From: Candidatus Omnitrophota bacterium
GTDB taxonomy: Bacteria; Omnitrophota; Gorgyraeia; Gygaellales; Profunditerraquicolaceae
Direction of reading: 5' to 3'
DNA: 64,000 nucleotides
Assembly (NCBI GenBank): GCA_043812955.1
Contig: JBDRLN010000066.1
Location: forward strand, 885 to 64,884
Below, piece by piece: positions 60,114 through 64,000 of this stretch. The translations under genes and the position numbers were made by a program. Position 1 is the stretch's first letter. Every line of letters starts with the position of its first letter. A model generated the notes under the pieces. The model ran no database searches, was not told the origin of the DNA, and saw only the letters and a program-made list of their open reading frames with translations.

Positions 60114-60634
60114 AAGAAAAAGGTTTAACTTTGATTGAACTGGTGGCGATAATTGTGGTTTTGGGATTGAGTATACCGGTGCTTCTAACCATGTGGGCGG
60201 ATGTGGCCTGGCGATCAGTGCGCTCTGAGCGATTAGCCGACACCAGCTTTTACGTCCAGCAATTAATGGAGGAGGTCAGGTCTAAAAGATTTGATGAAAA
60301 CTCCGGACAGCCCTGGACTAGTAGTAGTAGTTTCGGCGTAAACACCGGTGAAAGCAGCGCTAATGGAGCTACTTTTGACGATATAGATGATTTTGTCGGA
60401 GCTACTGATGCTAATATTACAACTCCCGCTCCGGGTTTTACCCGGTCAGTAACTATGGACTATGTAAGGATGGTTAGTAATACCTGGACAGGTTGCGGTA
60501 CTACGGGTTGTAATACAACTACAGATTGCAGCGTATGCTCCGCTTGTTGTTATAAACGTATTCAGGTTTCGGTGGACAGTAATATTCCTAACGCGGGCAA
60601 TGCCACCCTGGTAACTATAATGAGCAGTTATTAA
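60110..60634 (+). CDS. Pseudopilin (Leu at +1), Cys-rich C-terminus
   Basis: MKEKG|LTLIELVAIIVVLGL; 174 aa; CGTTGCNTTTDCSVCSACC cluster. Confidence 0.7.
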   Translation: MKEKGLTLIELVAIIVVLGLSIPVLLTMWADVAWRSVRSERLADTSFYVQQLMEEVRSKRFDENSGQPWTSSSSFGVNTGESSANGATFDDIDDFVGATDANITTPAPGFTRSVTMDYVRMVSNTWTGCGTTGCNTTTDCSVCSACCYKRIQVSVDSNIPNAGNATLVTIMSSY

Positions 60635-60639
60635 AAAAT

Positions 60640-61200
60640 ATGGATATGAACCCCGTACCTTTTAAATATTTAAATAGTTTTAGATTAGTAAAGTCTTTAA
60701 AACGATTGAATACCCAAAAGGTGCGGGGTTTCACTCTGATCGAGGCGGTAATGGTTATTGTGATCGTGGGTATTTTAGCTGGCGGTTCCTCAATATACAT
60801 AAAGCAGGTTATGGATACTTGGAATTTTCAGAATTTCCGCGAAGAGGCAATTTCACAGGGCCGGATCGGCCTGATCCGGATGACCCGGGAGATCCGTCAG
60901 ATCAAAGGGCCATTTAATGTAACTGCGGCTAATCAGACGGTTTTTTCTTTTGTGGATTATAATGATAATGCGATCAGCTATAGTCTTTCCGGCACTAATC
61001 TCAACCGCAATTCCAATCTTTTGCTTTCTGGGGTGAATAATTTTACCTTTTCTTATTACAATATTACTAACCAGCTGGTTGCTGCTCCGATCCTGGCTCC
61101 TAACAGTACAAATATCTATAGGATAAATATAGATTTTCAGGTTCAATCCGGCTCTCAGACTAAACGTTTAAGGTCTCAGGTCTGGCCGCGGAATTTTTAG
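60640..61200 (+). CDS. Pseudopilin with apparent ~28-aa leader (alternative GTG start at 60721)
   Basis: ...KVRG|FTLIEAVMVIVIVGILAG; paralogue of the 59490 gene. Confidence 0.7.
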   Translation: MDMNPVPFKYLNSFRLVKSLKRLNTQKVRGFTLIEAVMVIVIVGILAGGSSIYIKQVMDTWNFQNFREEAISQGRIGLIRMTREIRQIKGPFNVTAANQTVFSFVDYNDNAISYSLSGTNLNRNSNLLLSGVNNFTFSYYNITNQLVAAPILAPNSTNIYRINIDFQVQSGSQTKRLRSQVWPRNF

Positions 61201-61215
61201 GGAGTAATCAAACTT

Positions 61216-62676
61216 ATGAAAAAAAATAAAGGCGTAGCCTTGATCGTAGTTATTTTCGGAATTATGCTTTTGGCTGTCTTAGGCTGGACCTTAACTTCTT
61301 TGCAATCGGGGGATTTTGATTTTAATCTGCGCCATCTGGAATCCGAAAGGGCTTTGTTCCTGGCTGAGGCTGGGATCCAAGAGTCTGTAATGCTTTTAAG
61401 ATCCACAGATCCATCTTTTGACTCTGATGCCGATACGCTAACCCGAGCCTTGAATTACGGACAATATTATCTTACCCGGGCTATTAATGGTTCAGCTATA
61501 GAAGTAACTTCTATCGGCTACATCCCCACAATGGCTAATCCTCGGGCAACCCGGGTGGTTAAAATAATAATGGTGCTCGGCGGCGGCAACCTTGATAAAG
61601 TGCTGGGCTGCGGAGGTATCTTTAATTGGACAGCGGCAAAAGCCGGCCATACGGTGACCATAGACGGAAATATGAGCGCATTATATTGGAACGGAGACGG
61701 CGATTCTAACTATAATGAGTTGGGTATTGATTACCGTCCCACCTCCCCGCTTTTGCCTGCGGGGTCCGGCAACCGGACGGTAGAGAACGGAATTAAAACT
61801 ATCCCAATGCAGTGGTATCATGATAATTCTGATTGCGAGTGGCCTAACCCGGGCACGCGGGATATAGCAGATACTGCTAATGCTACATCTAACGGTACTA
61901 CCTTAAGGGTTGATACTCCGAATTTCTTTAACAATATGACTGGCCAGGCAGTGCGGAATATTGACCACCTACCCTTATCTAGTGGAGCTTGGGCCGACGC
62001 TGATTGGGCAGTAATTTTAAATGTTGCTAGCGGCGGCAAGAATGTAACTTTAGATAAAACTATAAATGATACCTGGGATAATGATCGGATTAGATTGGTC
62101 CGGCGTTATTCCTCCACCGCGCCTTTGCCACCCGATCCTGAAGCAGGGGATAACGATGCGGGCGTAGGTTCAGGGATTAATTATGTTGGGGCAAATATTA
62201 CTCATGCTATGGGCTATCCGGTGGATGTGGTGATTGATTTAAGGTCAGATGACTGGGTTTTTAATTCGAATGGCAAGACTATTACAGATGTGAAGATAAT
62301 CTGCGAAGGGGATATTTTTATCAAAGGCGCTAATAAACTTCATATGGAGCATTCCGAATCCGGAGGTTCTAGCAGTCGTATGCATCCGCCTTTAGCCACG
62401 CAAAACGGAAATATTATTTGTCTTGACGCCACGACAGCAAACGATCGTATAATCAGCGGGGTTATTTTTTCCGAAACCGGCACCGTGAATTGGAATTATC
62501 TCAAGCATCCTACCAGCGGCGGTGGAAAGTGGCTGCGGGGGAATATGATTTATGGCCAGAATGTAACCTTAGACGGCGATATTACTCTTGAATGGCTGGA
62601 GGCATTAGTTCCTCCTGAAGCGGCTCAGTTTGGCCAATCCGTCACCCCAGGTAGCTATTCCTGGCAGGAGCAGTAG
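61216..62676 (+). CDS. Large PilX-N-like pilus-associated protein (tip/adhesin candidate)
   Basis: MKKNKGVALIVVIFGIMLLAVLGW hydrophobic N-terminus with a PilX_N-like helix, then 450 aa rich in Gly/Asn/Thr/Asp; no Glu5. Confidence 0.55.
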   Translation: MKKNKGVALIVVIFGIMLLAVLGWTLTSLQSGDFDFNLRHLESERALFLAEAGIQESVMLLRSTDPSFDSDADTLTRALNYGQYYLTRAINGSAIEVTSIGYIPTMANPRATRVVKIIMVLGGGNLDKVLGCGGIFNWTAAKAGHTVTIDGNMSALYWNGDGDSNYNELGIDYRPTSPLLPAGSGNRTVENGIKTIPMQWYHDNSDCEWPNPGTRDIADTANATSNGTTLRVDTPNFFNNMTGQAVRNIDHLPLSSGAWADADWAVILNVASGGKNVTLDKTINDTWDNDRIRLVRRYSSTAPLPPDPEAGDNDAGVGSGINYVGANITHAMGYPVDVVIDLRSDDWVFNSNGKTITDVKIICEGDIFIKGANKLHMEHSESGGSSSRMHPPLATQNGNIICLDATTANDRIISGVIFSETGTVNWNYLKHPTSGGGKWLRGNMIYGQNVTLDGDITLEWLEALVPPEAAQFGQSVTPGSYSWQEQ

Positions 62677-62682
62677 AAAACC

Positions 62683-62707
62683 CATGTCCACCCCGTAGGT
62701 GGACATG
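62683..62707. repeat. Short palindromic relative of repeat family B (catgtccacc-ccgta-ggtggacatg)
   Basis: Seen directly, immediately after the 61216 gene stop. Confidence 0.7.
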
Positions 62708-62725
62708 GTTATTCATGGAGGAAGA

Positions 62726-63007
62726 ATGACTAAGAAGATAATAATAGTTGGCGTAATAGTGTTTTTACTGGGTTTATTTTTTTGCTGGGAGCTTAAGGCC
62801 CAAAGAACCCCGGACACCGATGAGGTGTTGGCCAGTTTGCTGGATAGGTTAGAACAGGTGGAAGCTAAGATGGATAAACTCAGCCTATCTCTGGATAAGG
62901 TTAGCAATCGGGAGGTTTTGATGAAATTAGATCAGGTCTTGGCTAATCAGCAGAAGGTTTTTAGCGAATTGGAGATAGTGAAGATCAGGGCATCCCAAAA
63001 AAGATGA
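62726..63007 (+). CDS. Small bitopic membrane coiled-coil protein
   Basis: MTKKIIIVGVIVFLLGLFF TM helix then a heptad-rich tail; the start codon is uncertain (track 62699). Confidence 0.4.
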   Translation: MTKKIIIVGVIVFLLGLFFCWELKAQRTPDTDEVLASLLDRLEQVEAKMDKLSLSLDKVSNREVLMKLDQVLANQQKVFSELEIVKIRASQKR

Positions 63008-63013
63008 TTAATA

Positions 63014-63075
63014 AATGGGGTCAGAATTATTTTTTCGAGCACGAAGACTAAAGAAAAAATAATTCTGACCCCATT
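63014..63075 (+). terminator. Long hairpin (≈22-bp arms aatggggtcagaattatttttt / aaaaaataattctgaccccatt); the right arm is shared with 25786-25810
   Basis: Seen directly; followed by a T-rich stretch and then the pilM promoter. Confidence 0.6.
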
Positions 63076-63090
63076 TACTTTGATTTTGTC

Positions 63091-63119
63091 TTGACATAAT
63101 AGCTTAAAGGCAATACAAT
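63091..63119 (+). promoter_or_regulatory. Near-consensus sigma70 promoter TTGACA-N17-TACAAT for pilM
   Basis: Seen directly. Confidence 0.6.
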
Positions 63120-63126
63120 TTAAAAG

Positions 63127-64000
63127 ATGGATAATCCCGAAAAAAAAGAGAAAATAAAAAATCCTCAACCTGTTAGCAGCAAAAGAGTTAAATTTCCCCT
63201 GCGTAATTCCCTCTCTTTACTTACAAACATCTTTGTTTCTACCCGGAATATCATCGGTATAGATATCGGCTCTAATTATATCAAAATAGCCCAACTTCAA
63301 AAAAGCGGCAAGGGTTATATTATAAATCATTATGTTGCCCGGGCTATACCCTTGGAGGCCAGGGATAATATCTCGGAAAAGAAAAGGCTGACCTGGGAAT
63401 TTGTAAAAGAATTCCTTTCGACCTCCAGAATTAAAACCACGCTTGCGCGGTCCACCATTTGCGGCAAGGGCGTCTTTATTTTTTCCCTCAGCGTCCCCTT
63501 CATGAATAAAAAAGACCTTAAGGGGGCGATAAGCATCGAGTTAAAAAAACGCCTTCCCTTTCAATTGGATATAAATAACGTATCTTTCGATTACTTTATT
63601 ACCGACCAGATCCGCGACGATAAAGGTTTTTACTACCAGATAACTTGTATTGCCGCAGAAAAATCCGCAATAGACGAGCAGCTTAATTTTCTAAAAGAAA
63701 TGAATATCCGCCCGGTGAGTATAAATGTGATCCCGGATATTTTAGGCAATATCCTCCCCCTTTGTCTTAATTATCCCGCGAATAAGCCGATCTCGGTGCT
63801 GGAGTTGGGAGCTAACATATCTTTGCTCAATTTTTATAAAGGGAATAATCTGATTTTCTCCCGGGAGGTCCCTATCGGAGGAGAACATCTTACCCGGGCG
63901 ATGGCTAAGACGATCAATACTATCAATGGGCCGGTAAATATAACTATCGAGGACGCGGAAAAGATCAAGCGGGCCTGCGGCGTTCCTTTAGATGATGAAG
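63127..64000 (+). CDS. pilM: Type IV pilus assembly protein PilM (3' end beyond window)
   Basis: IGIDIGSNYIKIAQL N-terminal actin-like motif, LELGANISLLNFYKGNNLIFSREVPIGGEHLTRAM. It is open to the window end, which is why it is absent from the ORF track. Confidence 0.85.
   Translation, partial: MDNPEKKEKIKNPQPVSSKRVKFPLRNSLSLLTNIFVSTRNIIGIDIGSNYIKIAQLQKSGKGYIINHYVARAIPLEARDNISEKKRLTWEFVKEFLSTSRIKTTLARSTICGKGVFIFSLSVPFMNKKDLKGAISIELKKRLPFQLDINNVSFDYFITDQIRDDKGFYYQITCIAAEKSAIDEQLNFLKEMNIRPVSINVIPDILGNILPLCLNYPANKPISVLELGANISLLNFYKGNNLIFSREVPIGGEHLTRAMAKTINTINGPVNITIEDAEKIKRACGVPLDDE

Overview
This 64-kb window is AT-rich and almost entirely coding on the + strand; only lpxB and a neighbouring oxidoreductase lie on the - strand. 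The gene content suggests an anaerobic, diderm (outer-membrane-bearing) bacterium. From 5' to 3' it contains six main blocks. (1) 1-2.6 kb: tail of a ZIP metal transporter, a ThiI-like PP-loop ATPase and an AmmeMemoRadiSam-type radical SAM enzyme. (2) 2.6-8.3 kb: an O2/ROS-detoxification cluster under an Rrf2 regulator, with an Fe-S protein, an FNR-like flavoprotein, a flavodiiron protein, a rubredoxin and a 58-aa ferritin-like peptide (both too short for the ORF track), superoxide reductase, a PNPOx-like protein, a ferritin-like protein and a polyferredoxin membrane protein. (3) 8.3-24.7 kb: housekeeping genes (lgt, Cu P-type ATPase, Nfu, birA, nadA, rluA-family, uppP, PfkB kinase, YqeY, MFS, GH1, thioesterase, an SNF-family transporter) plus an unusual cNMP-binding/MinD-like/patatin protein. 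(4) 26-36.4 kb: a nitrogen-assimilation block, NfnAB/GltD-like, gdhA, type III glutamine synthetase, carA and only the N-terminal half of carB. (5) 36.5-44.7 kb: a PKD lipoprotein, DUF1846, a beta-CASP RNase, rpmA, an M48 peptidase, a CheY-like regulator, and on the - strand lpxB with a Gfo/Idh/MocA oxidoreductase. (6) 45-64 kb: a large, atypically organised type IV pilus / type IV filament locus. It has an HTH regulator, a PilP-like lipoprotein, a secretin split into two secreted proteins, a PilB with tandem MshEN-like motifs, two major-pilin candidates, an embedded ABC transporter, a TPR protein, about eight pseudopilins (several with Ala at -1; two preceded by an 80-nt nucleotide-conserved element), PilC, a PilM-PilN fusion, PilO, a 486-aa PilX-N-like protein, and then a second canonical pilM with its own promoter running off the window. 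Several short repeat families are scattered between genes: a ~74-bp nested-palindrome MITE-like element (3 intact copies, 2 of which donate a KKQGRF C-terminus to host genes), a ~48-bp 'caccccgtaggtgga' hairpin family, a 67-bp tandem duplication, and shared leader motifs upstream of the nitrogen genes. No rRNA, tRNA or CRISPR arrays were recognised.
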